Assembly: GCA_016748015.1 (NCBI GenBank)
Contig: JAAOMT010000516.1
Location: 62,001 to 126,000 of the forward strand
Origin: Geosiphon pyriformis uo1
Lineage: Eukaryota; Fungi; Glomeromycota
Length of the DNA stretch: 64,000 nucleotides
Direction of reading: 5' to 3'
The notes under the pieces were generated by a model. The model was not told the DNA's origin. It saw only the letters and a program-made list of their open reading frames with translations, and did no database searches. The position numbers and the translations under genes are program-made. Below are positions 23,386-36,100 of the stretch, piece after piece (position 1 is the first letter of the stretch; each line of letters opens with the position of its first letter).

Positions 23386-25869
23386 TTATAAAAGGCTATC
23401 ATCACTGACATCACCCACTTCTTGACCGATATTGTTTAACCCAGTGGAATCATCGAGAGAACTCGCTTGTTCAAACACATTACCATTTGACTGGTTAGGA
23501 TCATTTAACTGAGTGGGATCATTGAGAGAACTCGCTTGTTCAAACATATTATCGTTTAACTGGGTAGCATCGCTGACATCACTCGCTTGTTGAACTGTAC
23601 TACCGTCTAACTGAGTGGGGTCATTGAGTGAACTCGCTTGTTCAAACATATTATCGTTTAACTGGGTAGCATCGCTGACATCACTTGCTTGTTGAACTGT
23701 ACTATCGTCTAAATTAGTGGGGTCATTGAGAGAACTCGCTTGTTCAAACATATTATCGTTTAACTGGGTAGTATCACTGAAATCACTCGCTTCTTGAACC
23801 ATACTATCGTTATTTGAATCATCGGTAACATCAGCTGAAGCGATTTGTGGGGAATTGTTACTGGCATTCGCAGTTTGTTTACACTTTGATTTGTTGATTG
23901 GCATATCCATCCATTTATTATTATCCAAATTCTTGGTTCCAAGCGCCTCTTTATCTCTAGCACTACAGTTCTACACAATGCAATTAATAAATTTTCAGAA
24001 TAATCGTATTGTTCAAAGATTTTTATGACTAATCAAGAATTTATAGAACAAAACATACGGGATTTACTGTGGGAAGACCCTTTTGACCTGGAGGGGGCCA
24101 GGAACACCGGTAAAGCTGTTTACCACCACCCATATCCAACTTATTAAACCCGTTAGCTTTTTCTCCATTAAAATATTCTTCAAGAATAGGCACATATCCA
24201 TGTTCAGGTCCGGGAGATTGAGTTATACGAAAGTTTGGTTTGGTGAAACGAAATATTTTGCCCGGAAACAGCAAACTGACCAGTGTAGAACCATGCCAGT
24301 TAAGGAAATTTGGCGATCCGAACATGTATACAGCATGGATAACCTCTGGTCCAAAGATTTTGATGAATTCCATAGCTGCTAAAGCAGCATAAACTAGATT
24401 TACCGATGTAAAAGAATTAGAGACCATGAAAATAAAAAATCGAAGATGGAGAATATTTGCAAATCTTTCTAAATTTTTACCCACCACCAGCTTTTCCACT
24501 TCCGATAAATGTAAATAATGGTGAACCTACAGTACTTTGTACCATACATTTTGCCGAGGCGGCTACTTTTGGCAAGAAACCTCGAAGTTCGTCTGACCAC
24601 CCGGCATCAACTTTAGCATTTGGTAAACTTGCAGCTATCTGGTCACCTTGAGGATAGCTTTTCCCAAAGTTCGGCCTGAGAGGCACTAGATCATTACGCC
24701 TTCCATTCCAATCAGGTTCCTTTGACGAAAAATCGACGGTAAAATCTCGATCTCCTGTTTTCCGAACTCTTGCTTTAAAATTTCATAGAAAATTTTTGGT
24801 CACAATCAGTAAATTACATTAGCAGAGCAGATGAGTATCAGAGAAAAAATAGAGTTATAAATTTTCAATTTTTACCAGCATTTCCATTTTTATGATTCAA
24901 ACATTGATTATTAGGAGGAATACATTGAGATTCTTCTAATTCATAAGCGACTTGAATAAATTTTTTAATATCATTATCATTATTATTTATTAAGAGCATT
25001 CCATCCTTGTCTGTTCCAGCTGGAGGAGTTGCATAAGGATTTAGTGGCATATCACCCGGTGGATCAGATAGCTTGCCACCACCTATAGATGGCAGAAAAG
25101 GGATACCTGGGGCTACTTTTTGGATTAATGGAGCGGCTTCTTCTATTACTAATGGAACGGCTTCTAGTATTGGCTCCAAAAAAGCCACTTTTTGTTCAGG
25201 TTTTGAGTCGGCCAGTTGGTTTGAAGAAGTGGTTGGTTCATCGGTAGCAATATTTGAGGTATCAATAGAGGAAAGTTTAGCATTTTCTTGGTTACCCGAT
25301 TGGAGAGTGGAGAAATTGTCAGCTATATTAGAATTACTACTAAGATTGTCTAAACTGATTGATTCTGGGTTTTCTTGGCCACCCGATGGGATAGTGGAGA
25401 AATTGTCAGCTATATCAGAATTACTACTAAGATTGTCTAAACTGATTGGTTCTGGGTTTTCTTGGCCACCTGATGGGATAGTGGAGAAATTGTCAGCTAT
25501 ATTAGAATTACTACTAAGATTGTCTAAACTGATTGGTTCTGGGTTTTCTTGGCCACCTGATGGGATAGTGGAGAAATTGTCAGCTATATCAGAATTACTA
25601 CTAAGATTGTCTAAACTGGTTGATTCTGAGTTAAATGAATTGTTCAAGCTATCTGTTTCTGGAATAGGATTTCTCTTTATAATAATAATATTATTCTTCT
25701 TGTTTAACGGTGAAGCATGAGCAAAAAAACTCATGCATAATGTCAACAAAATTATTATTGCCAAAATTTTTGATAAAATATCCCGCAAGGAGAATTTATT
25801 TAAAGGTGATTTGTTAGTTGTTGCTATTGATTTTCTATTTAGTGACTCAGATTGATCGGATGGACACAT
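23386..25869 (-). CDS. Secreted or anchored, highly divergent lipase class 3-fold protein with N- and C-terminal tandem-repeat arms (about 733 aa), catalytic triad lost (gene D)
   Basis: Exons 25869-24876, 24772-24485, 24393-24059, 23970-23386; GT-AG introns in phases 1,1,0, as in the three paralogues; total 2202 nt, open. Hydrophobic segment ILSKILAIIILLTLCMSFFAHA-SP. Core motifs KVDAGW, FTFIGSGKAG-VYAALAA, VYMFGSP, IFRFT, YRC, NP-NCSA. Confidence 0.8.
23405..23800 (-). repeat. Coding tandem repeat: 102-bp unit made of two related 51-bp subunits
   Basis: Alternating QQASDVSDATQLNDNMF and EQASSLNDPTQLDGSTV, about 3.5 higher-order copies. Confidence 0.9.
25282..25628 (-). repeat. Coding tandem repeat: 87-bp (29-aa) unit, 4 copies
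   Basis: GAGAAATTGTCAGCTATAT at 25310, 25397, 25484 and 25571. Peptide SLDNLSSNS(D/N)IADNFSTIPSGGQENPEPI. Confidence 0.95.
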
Positions 25870-28539
25870 TTTTAGGTATAAAAATTTATGATGATGAAAA
25901 TCGAAACTTTTCCCAGCGTGTGTGTGAGCCCATTTGTATGCCTTTTATAAAATATTCGACATTCTCCCTCATTAATACTTTTTTAATGTATGATCGATTT
26001 CCGTTTTGTCAACGCTATTTTAAGAATTTTCGGATATAAAATAAATAATAGAATAGTTTACTTTTAATTTTAACTAGATTGTTAAAAAATTCAATAAAAT
26101 CCCTTTAACTTTGACCGAATCTCAAAGAAAAATATATATACAAATTGGAAAAAATTCAAAATTCTTTATGTCTGAAAAAGTAGATATTCGGAAAAATTGA
26201 AAATTATCGCTTATCACGGAAAATTGTGACGATGATGAATTTTGAAGTTCGGCAAAAAGGTTTTTATCTATTTCTTTGAAAATTGTCCGTTTTTTTCAGA
26301 ATAAAATTATTATTATATAATGATTGAAAGTAGAATTTCACATGGACGCTTTCAAATTTCGGAAGGAACTCATATTTAACTAAGATTGATCCATTAATAA
26401 AAAAGGGAAAACTAAAATTTTCCAAGATTTGTTTTACATAATTTAAAAATTAATAGATATAGTTGTCAAAAAGTCTTTGAATGAATATGTCTTTCCGTTC
26501 GGAAAAAGTTGAAGTGAAAATGGGTTCCAAGAAATCTTTGAAAGAATACGTTTCTAAATCTTGGCAAGATAAAAAGTTCCCAGATGAAATAAATCACACT
26601 TCATAAAATAGATTAATCTTTCATGCCTTTATTTAGGAATTATTTTTGAAAATCATAGTTTTCCAGTAGAAAGTGAAAAAATTTGACCAAATAATTATTT
26701 CAACTTTACTTGTTGGTTATAAGAACGTGCCTGTAAATTAAGTACTTTTATACTCATATAAATTCCAATAATATCTTTTAAAAATTTTAAAAGTTTTGTG
26801 AAATTAATTCTTAAAGAAGCTTTAAATTTATTAATTTAAAAATTATTTCTTAATAAAAGTACACAAAATCTTTAAAAGAAATTTGAATATTCATATTTTT
26901 TTTTTTAGCTAATTTTTTTTACAAATAATTTATAGTAAAAATGTTTTGAAAAATATTTCTTTTCTCTTGATAGCTTAAATTCATTAATTTAAAATAATTT
27001 TTAGAAAAAAAATCTTTTCTATTTGTTGAATTAATAAAGTTTAGCATTTTTAGCATTTTATTTTATTTTATAAATAAGACAATTTAATTAAATTAATATT
27101 TGAATATTTACTAAAGGTACTTTTAAATATTTTTAGTTTTAATTAATTTTTATGTAATTGAAATTATTTTTTTTAAAAAAATAGATAACAAACTTGAAAT
27201 CTTTTACAAAGACTTATTTGATTGACTTTAAATAATTCAAATATTTAAGCTAACTCATAAAATTTATATGACCTGAAATTAACAATTTTTTTTAATTTTT
27301 GATATCTTGTTTAAATTTTTTTTCTTTGGTTATGATAGCTATTGAGAGTCTAATTGCAATACAAAATATTTGGTTTTTAAGACAGAAAGAAAAGAAAAGA
27401 AAAGAAAAGAAAAGGAAAGGAATAATTACCTTAATGGTAGTGACAATGTTCTTTGAAATAAAAACGACATTTCAAACCCTTTTAACTTTTAATTAAAATT
27501 TAGCAACACATTTAACAGCAACAGCTAATTTTCACGTAAAAAAGATTTCTTTGTAGAAAATCTTTATCAAGGATGTTTTATCCATCCTGAAAATACCTAG
27601 AGAAACCAAAGACTTGTAATATAATTTGAATTTGAAATTAATTAACTGCGCTTTTCTCTCATCAAAGTACTTAAAATGGGTTTTTAGGTAAAAAAATGAT
27701 TTTCACACGGGTAACATTCTTCCTGACAATTACCAATTTTGGCTTATCATTTACAATTATTTGGTATCTTGACAAATATCGTATCACAGTTTATCCTTAT
27801 AAGATTGTGAATAAAATTGGTTCCTAGTCTTGAAAACAAATTTATATAGAGGTGATGATAAGCAAATTAATTAATTAGAGTCAAAGTGAGAAATTGATAG
27901 GAAAGAAAGTTATAGATATTAAGATGAAATTTTTCAGTTGATTTTGACAAATCACCAAATACAACCAATCCCAATATAGTTGCTTAGCTATCTGTGGTTA
28001 GCTGGAATTACCCGATATTTTGAAAAATATTCTTCACTTAATGCCGAACGTAATTGACCTGGAGTTTGTGATGATTTTTATGTAGTTGAATTTTAAAAGA
28101 TTGGATTGATCAAAGTTCTCTAAATTTTTTTTCAAAAAAAAAACCAGTGTAATAACTAAGGGTTTATGTTGAAATGTTAGATTGGTTCTTTTAAGTCAAT
28201 ATTTATTTTTCTTATTTGGAAAAAGAAATAAATAGTAAATAGTCAATAGAATCAATAATTATAACAAAGACTGAAAAGAGAACGCATAGGTAGGTAGGTA
28301 TAGGATATTAGTCACATTTAGAAGGATCAAAGCTATCTGAGATAGGGATCAGTACTTCTTAGCTACTAAGTAGGTAGGTAGGTAGGTAGGTAGTTTAACT
28401 AAAAATTTATATTTTAACTTTTTGCTAAAAGATCATTAGATAATTTCGAATTATTAAATACCAAAATAAAATTCAAGGTTTATATTTTTCCTTATTTCTT
28501 AAGCGAAAATTTCAATTTTTTTCTTCAATATTAATGTGG

Positions 28540-28580
<41 letters not shown>

Positions 28581-28820
28581 GTAAAGCCAAAAACTAAAAA
28601 CGAAAATTAGAAATTAATTTAATTATGATCCATAAATATTTACAAAATTATGGGTTTTTAAATAGGTAAAGATGTTTTTGGTGAGTCAATAAATTTTTTA
28701 GGTGAGAAACTGTTTTTTCCCTTTTTCTTTTTGGGCTAATCTCTGAAAATAGTTAAAAAAATTAAAATTCAAAAATCAAACTAAAAAGACGAGAAACTTA
28801 TTTTTCATTAAAACGAAATT

Positions 28821-30404
28821 ATGCAAAGGATAGTATTTTATTCCATTTATTTAATTCTTATATTTCAAATTATTTTTCGATTAAGTCATGTTCAATTAAA
28901 AAATATTTTTTCTGACCACTTTTTAACTCAAAAATACAGTCAATATGGAAAATTTTCAATATCCATTAACAAAAATTTAGAATCTTTTCAATTCCCCTTT
29001 TCAGTCATAGCATCTCAAAATGATTCTTTTGTAAAAAGATCGTCACTTCAGTATCCTAAAAAAACGGCATACACCCTCAAACATCAAGAAGAAATCTTAC
29101 AATTAATTGCGAAAGCTTTATTTGCTAATTTGGCTTACTGTTTTCCCTATAACGAAATTGGAATTTTGGTAAATCGGACCAAAATCATTGGTATTTTATA
29201 TGATAGAATTATCTTTATAATTTTGCATTTTTGAAAATTGTTGAATTAAATTAATTTTCCAGTTCGAAAACTTTCTCTCTTAATATAAAAGCTGATGTAG
29301 CAGCAGACACGGGATCTCATACAATCGTTGCATATTTTAAAGGCCCTCATTTAACAAAATCAGAATGGAGAAGCAGAACAAGCAAACTTGTATCGTATAG
29401 CGTGCAAGGGATGCAAACAAACGCATTAGTTCAAGTGGATGAAGAATGGTTTGTGGATGTGTCAATTATGATGGATGCTTTAGTAGAAAAAATTAATTAT
29501 AACCTCAAGAATAAAGAATATAAGAAAATCATTTTTTGTGGACACGGTGTTGGTGGTGGTAATTAATCTTTAAAATGGGTTGGGTTGGATTGGGTTGAGA
29601 GGGGTGGAGTGGGATCGGATGCAGGTTGTGATGCATAGAGACTTGGGATTTTTTGTTCTTGAAAATTTTGTCTTTAAAATTTTGTCTTGAATTCTTCTGA
29701 TAAAACATTTTATTAATGCTTAATAATAATATATAATTTTTTACATAATTCAAAAAAAACCAATAGCATATGCAGCAATAGCAGGTCTATCGTTTGCAAT
29801 CATCAATCTTCTCCAGCCATTTTCATTATCATTGATCGGCATATCATATTCATCTATTGATCTTTCAATTTATACTTTCGGTGAACCAAGAGTCGGAAAC
29901 ATAATGTTTGCTAGAATGATGAATGAATTTGTAAAAGTTACAAGAATAACTCACAAAAATGATTACGTTCCGCATTTTCCTCAAATTAAAAATGGCCTAT
30001 CAATAATGCAACATCATGAAGATGAAATATGGATTGGACCGGCTGAGTGTGATTGCGATCCAGATACAGTTCTTTTTGAAGGTGATCAAGCAATTTGGAA
30101 ATGTGGAAAATATAGAGGAAGATGGGAAAGCAAATTACCTTCAATTCAATCATTAGTTGAGAAAAAGTTTTGGATACCTAACGATGATTTGGCCAATGAA
30201 AATGAGGTTATATTGAAAAAAAATCTTGGTCTAAAAAGTTTTTTTTTTTTTACAAATTTATAAGACAACTAAATAAAAAATTTTGAAACCTGAAACTTTT
30301 AGGAATGTAACGCTGGACAATCTATCACAGGGTCAGATGAGGATCTATTACATTTTGGTCCTTATTTTAGTATTACGATGAACGATTGTAGTCCATTTCA
30401 ATGA
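28821..30404 (+). CDS. Secreted lipase class 3-fold (alpha/beta hydrolase) protein, nucleophile Ser replaced by Gly (gene A, about 392 aa)
   Basis: Exons 28821-29190, 29292-29558 (acceptor could be 29301), 29767-30206, 30303-30404. Signal-like N-terminus. Motifs ANLAYC, VAYFKG, VDEEW, IIFCGHGVGG-AYA, YTFGEPRVGN, RITHKNDYVPHFP, ECNAG, HFGPYF. Confidence 0.88.
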
Positions 30405-31199
30405 GGTATTCGAGCAAGAAAAAAATATTTCACCATATATTCATGTTCAAAATGCCCTGGAATATCATTTTTAAAAACTTTTTAATATATATTAATTTTT
30501 TGTTTATGAAAATTTTTTTTATTTCTTTTTTTACCCTTAAACTTTTAACAAATCTAGGGAATCCGAGTTCTTTAAAAAAAGACTTTAAAATTTAAAGTAA
30601 AACAGAGTTCATAAGATAAAATTAGGGCTTTGCATTATGTAAACTTCTACACTAAAAATTTTCTTTCAACATGATTATTTCCATTGGTGATGTCATTTAT
30701 GCCTAAATGGGAATTTTTATTATTTTTATATAAATACAGTATTTTTATTCTATACGAAGCGAGTAGGAATAAACCGTTTGAGCATTGTTCAACTTGAGTT
30801 TCGAATTCTTTTGTAAGAATATCCACAGATTTAATTAAAATTGATTATTTTTATTATTTTTAAAAAATGCTTTATTAAAAATTTCTCTCACATTTAAAAA
30901 TGTTTTTTTCTTTATAAAGTCAGTCATTTAAATTCAATTTTTTTTTTCTTTAAGCTCCTTTAACTAATTTCTATCAGTATAAAGAATATTAAATTTCCTA
31001 TCATACTCTTCCTTCCTTCCTTCATCACTATCACTCATATTAACGATTAATTGCACTTAACTAATTACTAATTTTTCAACTAACAATAAAATAACCATTT
31101 TCCGGATTTTTAAAATGATTATTGCAATCTCAATACACACACCTATGAATTATCCGGTCAATCACAATTATGCAATGGGTCAAATAAAGAATTGTGCAA

Positions 31200-33240
31200 C
31201 ATGATCATTTCCGTGGGTAAACCGAGTACAAAAAATCTTTTCATTTATCAACTGCATTGAATACAAGCGACTCTGGTACATGTATTTGAAATGAAATCAA
31301 ATGTTTTAAAGGGTCAAATTTGTTTGAAAGAGTAAATCTGCAAAATTATATAATTATCGAACTTCCCCAATCCCATTTCAAATTGCTTGTTCGAATCTGG
31401 AAAAACTATATTCTTTATCCCGTTCAAACACAATTCGTAGGAGATTGTTGCTTTTTGACCAATTCCTAAAAAAATTTATTATTAAATTTCACCAACACAC
31501 ATATTGTAAAATAATTCGAATTTAGAATTTTTTGAAAATGCTATTTCATGAAACCAAAAATATTTATTGGTCCATCATAGACTATTTAGTATGGCATAAA
31601 TATTGTGGTGAAATCAAATTTTGACTGAGGAGCAATTACTTTGGATTTTTTTACGATAAAACTTAAATTAATTCACGCCATTCAGAATCCTTATACTTGA
31701 AAAATTCATCATTGAAAAACCCATCAAATGAGCGACAGTAAGAGTCATTTGTAGAGGATGCAAATAATTGTTCCTGGTCATTGGAAATTTCAAATTCAGT
31801 AATTTAAAGTTACAAATTTAAGAAATCTACAGTCTTCAAAGTCAAGAGCTGCAAAAAGAGTGTCATCGGTTTTAATTTGTGTTGAGAAGCATGATCATAA
31901 TTATATCTATGATTAAAATTATTAAGCTCAGGAAAGGCTTTGAACAAAAACAGATTAATTTTAATTAATATCCATCAAAAAATATCTAAACGTCCGCTAA
32001 TTAGTGATTTAATTTTAAACAAGAATTAATATCACGTTTAAAATTCATAAACACAAATTAAAAGTTATTTCAATAAAACTTTCGCTACGTATAATACAAC
32101 TTATCACATTATTTTCTCCTCATTTATGAATATGGCCTCGTATCCAACTAAATGAAATATGCTACCGATGAATACATATCCACCATCTATTGAAGGTTTG
32201 TTTATATCAAGAGCAAATAGACCATCATTGAAATGGAACAAATTTGGGCAATTGCGATCTGGGAGTGGAATGAGGTAGAAGAATCGGCCATCCATATTTA
32301 TAAATATTGAATAAAAGTTTTTGAATTTTGTTCAAAATTGAAAGTAACAAAATGAGGAAAATGAACCAATATAAAGAATTAAATAACTTACTCGTCAAAT
32401 TGATTTTTTCGTGTCTTCTTTAAACTTGAAAAAGATTTTCTGAACATATTCTTTCAAATTCAAACGATTCTCGGGAGAAATATCTAATACAATTCTCAAT
32501 TTTAACGGTTGATCTAGGAATTTTGATGGTATACTTGGTTAATAAACATCGTTGATATTTTATCAAGATTGTCGGATTTCAGCCACTTGCCCTTTATCCT
32601 CACCCAAAACCAAATAATCGTTAACAAGAATATCACGCATAAATTTTGTGCCTTTACCATCAATGGTAAAGTGTCATCGGCCTTCTAACTCAACTTGACC
32701 TAAAAATTTGTTGCCTGACTGATACTCTAGTCGGAATTGAGTTTTTGCATGGAATATTTTTACCCATGGGCTGAATGGAAAACATTCTTTCCGGTCGATT
32801 TTTATGAGATAAATTTTTTTCATTAAACATAAAAAACTTGAGAATTTCAGTTGAATGGAATCTCGGCAGTTTTGTGAGCATCTCGTTTAAAGTTTCACTA
32901 AAGTTTTTGTATCCCTTAGTAATTTAATTCCCCTCGAATCCTCTACTACCACCTCAGGTTTTGTGGCAATTAGGAATTTCGAAACAATCAATTACCCGTT
33001 TATTTTCAAAAATTGCATCCTTTTATTGGTCAATTTCCTTTAAACCCCGAAATTTTTTTGTTTGGCTATCGGTCTTTTCGTATTTCGGATCTCGCATCCC
33101 TGTTTTCCTCGGAAGGTATTTTTATTTGTTCTTTTACAAAAGTGACGATTCACGTCCCATCAGGATGCTCGAGACTTTCTTAGAATTTGATAGGAATTGG
33201 ATAATTTTTGGGTGAGTGTTTCATTTATCAGGCCATAAAT
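31200..33240 (-). pseudogene. Fragmented coding relic of an unidentified protein
   Basis: GC-richer block with protein-like fragments in shifting frames (PRFHSTEILKF; HFTIDGKGTKFMRDILVNDYLVLGEDKGQVAEI; QPLKLRIVLDISPE..KNQFD followed by a GTAAGT donor at ~32390; ORF 32104-32295). Many stops and indels. Confidence 0.4.
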
Positions 33241-35149
33241 TTTAGCTGTGCTATCTTTCTCTACAAAGCAAATATCTTTGGTATTTTTAATTAAAAAAAT
33301 ATGCTATTTCGGAAATCAGATTCTTATATAAATGCTATAATTTTATATAAAAAGAGACTCGATTACTCTTGCTCAATATCTATTTTATTGAGTTTGGGAA
33401 ACTAATCAGATAGTAGATTAATTTGATATCTGTTATATATGCTAGAAATAATTCGAAGTAAGTTATACATGCCACAGCTGTTTTGGTGGTATATATGTCT
33501 ATTAACCTTTTAGGTTCATTAACTGTGTTCAACTGGATTGAGTTTTTTCAACATAACTTGATCGCAAATAGTCATAGGCAGCTGTCAGATTAGGTCAAAG
33601 TAAATTCAAGTTTAAACGTTTTTAGGTGTTAAATTATTCTAAAGGAATATCAGAAACTTGTTAGTCTTGAATTATTATTTATTAATCACAGTTATGTTTG
33701 GATATCTCATTTAATTAAACTATAATCTTATTTAATCAAACCCATTCACAAATTTCTGAAAAATTAAAATAATATGTGCATATTTAATAATTTTAGCTTT
33801 AATTAAACCAAATAAAAGTTTGAAATTATTTTTAATTTTGAATTCGACTTTTTTATTTGATGAAAATAATTTTCAAATAAATTTTGTTCCCTTTACTTTA
33901 ATAATAATTTATTTAAATTAAGAAAGTGATAATGTATGAATTTTTAATTTAATATTTTATTATTATTTCAAAATGGACTTTGAATTCATTGTTGGTCAAC
34001 TTTATCAAATAATTTAATATGAGAAATTTTTTTTAATAATTCTGGATATTAAGATGAATAAGCTTCCAAGTATTCTTAAATAAAAAAAAATTATTCTTTT
34101 AAAATAAATGAGATATAAATATTAGAGTACAGTATATTCTATATTAAATAAATAATATTTTTAAAATATTAACTTTTTATAAATTGAATCTAATATTTAA
34201 AATGTAATTTTAAATATATCCACTTACATAAAAAATTTAAAATAGCTATTTACTTAGAAATTGAAAGTTAAAGACTATAAATCTATTAATATATAATAAA
34301 TTAATTTAAGAAAATAAAAGTATCATATTAATGCATTTATAAAAATAAATTAAATTTTAATTAAATTAAAAATTACATTAACATAGAAACTTTTTTTTAA
34401 TTGTATAAACAAATCTGTTGGAAAATCAATCTTTTAAGTAGTTTTTTAACTTGAAAAAACTTTCACATGTTATAAAAGTAAATAGGATATGCTAATAGAT
34501 CTATGTTCACAATGGGTTGTCAAATGAATTAATCATCTTTTACCCATAAAATGTTATTAAAAGCTGAGATAAAATAAAAATACCGACAAGTTTCTTGATA
34601 AGTTTTTTTGCCATTTAATATAAAATATAAACAAGAATTTTAATCCAAATCAGCAATTAAAGAAAAAGAAAATTTTTTATCTAATATTTTTTAAATATTA
34701 AGAAAAGTTTTGGAATGCATTAATATAATTTACATACAAATGGTTTTTATTAATTATCGAATTTTTAAAAATTATAAATAAAAATTTGAAAAACTTTAAT
34801 TTTAAAAAAACTTCAAGTTTTGAATTATGAAATAAAAATATTACTATAAAAAATGCAATGAAGATAACAATTCAATTTTTTTTTTAAATTAAAATTTTTT
34901 TATCATAATTTTGAATATTTAAATCAAGAATTTATTTTGTAAATAATCAACATATATATTTTGTGAAGCGCCCAAGACACATGTACTAATTCTAGTAAAA
35001 AAATCTCTCAATGTTCCTTATGAGCTATCTTTTTATAAATTTACTAAAGAATAATTGAATAAAGTGATCTTAAAATTCAATCATACACTTTATATATCTT
35101 ATCCTTTATGAATTTTACAGAAAAATTTTTAGCAGCACATAAAACGCAA

Positions 35150-36100
35150 ATCGTTTTGTTTTTGGTGTTCTATAGAATAACAGCAAGACAATGGTGAAAT
35201 TCTTTGCCGTTTTTTGCATAATATCAAGGATGAATGACTCAATTAATTAATTTGTTTAAATATGTTTCACTAGAAAAATAACATAAATACGAACTCTGCC
35301 TTTTACAATACTACTTTCTAAGTGAAAGCTTGTAAAAATAGTGGCCTTTAAACATAGCCTTTATTATAATAATATATTCACGTTTTATCCTTTATCCGCA
35401 CAAACCACGGAAAACCTTTGAAATTAAACGAACTCATTCAGAAACTCATTATCGCAACGAGTGTCCAATATGTCAAGAGATTATTCGAAACAATGAATGA
35501 AATCCATGCTATTAACTTTAGATTTATCTGCTAGAGAAAGGCCAAAGCATTTACCACATTTTTCTGGTTTGAGTCTCTCCTTTTCCGAATTATGACAGTG
35601 CTCAAGTTTTTTCAATATAGCCGACCAAAAGCAAGCCCTTATTCAATCAAATTGCCTTTAATCTCTCATAAATTACTAAGTAACGATAAAATTGGAGACT
35701 TGTCCAGAAAGAACAAGAGCAGCAAGTTCCACGGAGTGATTACAAACTAAATTCTTAACACTAGCTGAAGCAAATTTCACACCTACAACCATATTATTTT
35801 AGGCCCTTTCAACATCGCTATTTTTCGCATCGAAATGCACAAGAAAAGCACATAGCTATCTCCTCAATGCCTCCAAATGTGTAATTTCCAGTACCTCCGC
35901 CCCCATTGGCATTCTTGAGACTTCTCAGGTGACTCCGAGCTTTTTTGTCATCTCTGTAGGTTGAAATCCAGTCTTCAAAAACATTCTTATGATTATTGAA
36001 AATCAAAGTAGTACGATTAATTGAGCCTTGATACCTAATTTCTCATGGTCTAGTTTTTTTTATTTTGACAGTTTCTTTGTCGGCATTAACTTTGAGCGAA
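35150..36100 (-). pseudogene. Fragmented coding relic of an unidentified protein
   Basis: ORF 35818-36006 (NVFEDWISTYRDDKKARSHLRSLKNANGGGGTGNYTFGGIEEIA) plus frame-shifted continuations (LVCNHSVELAALVLSGQ; IRACFWSAILKKLE). GC is higher than in the flanks. Confidence 0.35.

Noticed and set aside
23405-25628. Regular repeats as a possible CRISPR array
   Set aside because: Head-to-tail units without unique spacers, in frame inside a eukaryotic exon, with no cas genes.
25073-25720. 215-aa plus-strand ORF with repeats
   Set aside because: Antisense shadow of gene D exon 1; it stays open only because the 87-bp repeat lacks stops on that strand.
29546-29548. RNA editing restoring the catalytic Ser
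   Set aside because: GGT to AGT needs G-to-A, which A-to-I or C-to-U editing cannot do, and the paralogues use GGG or GGA, which need two changes.
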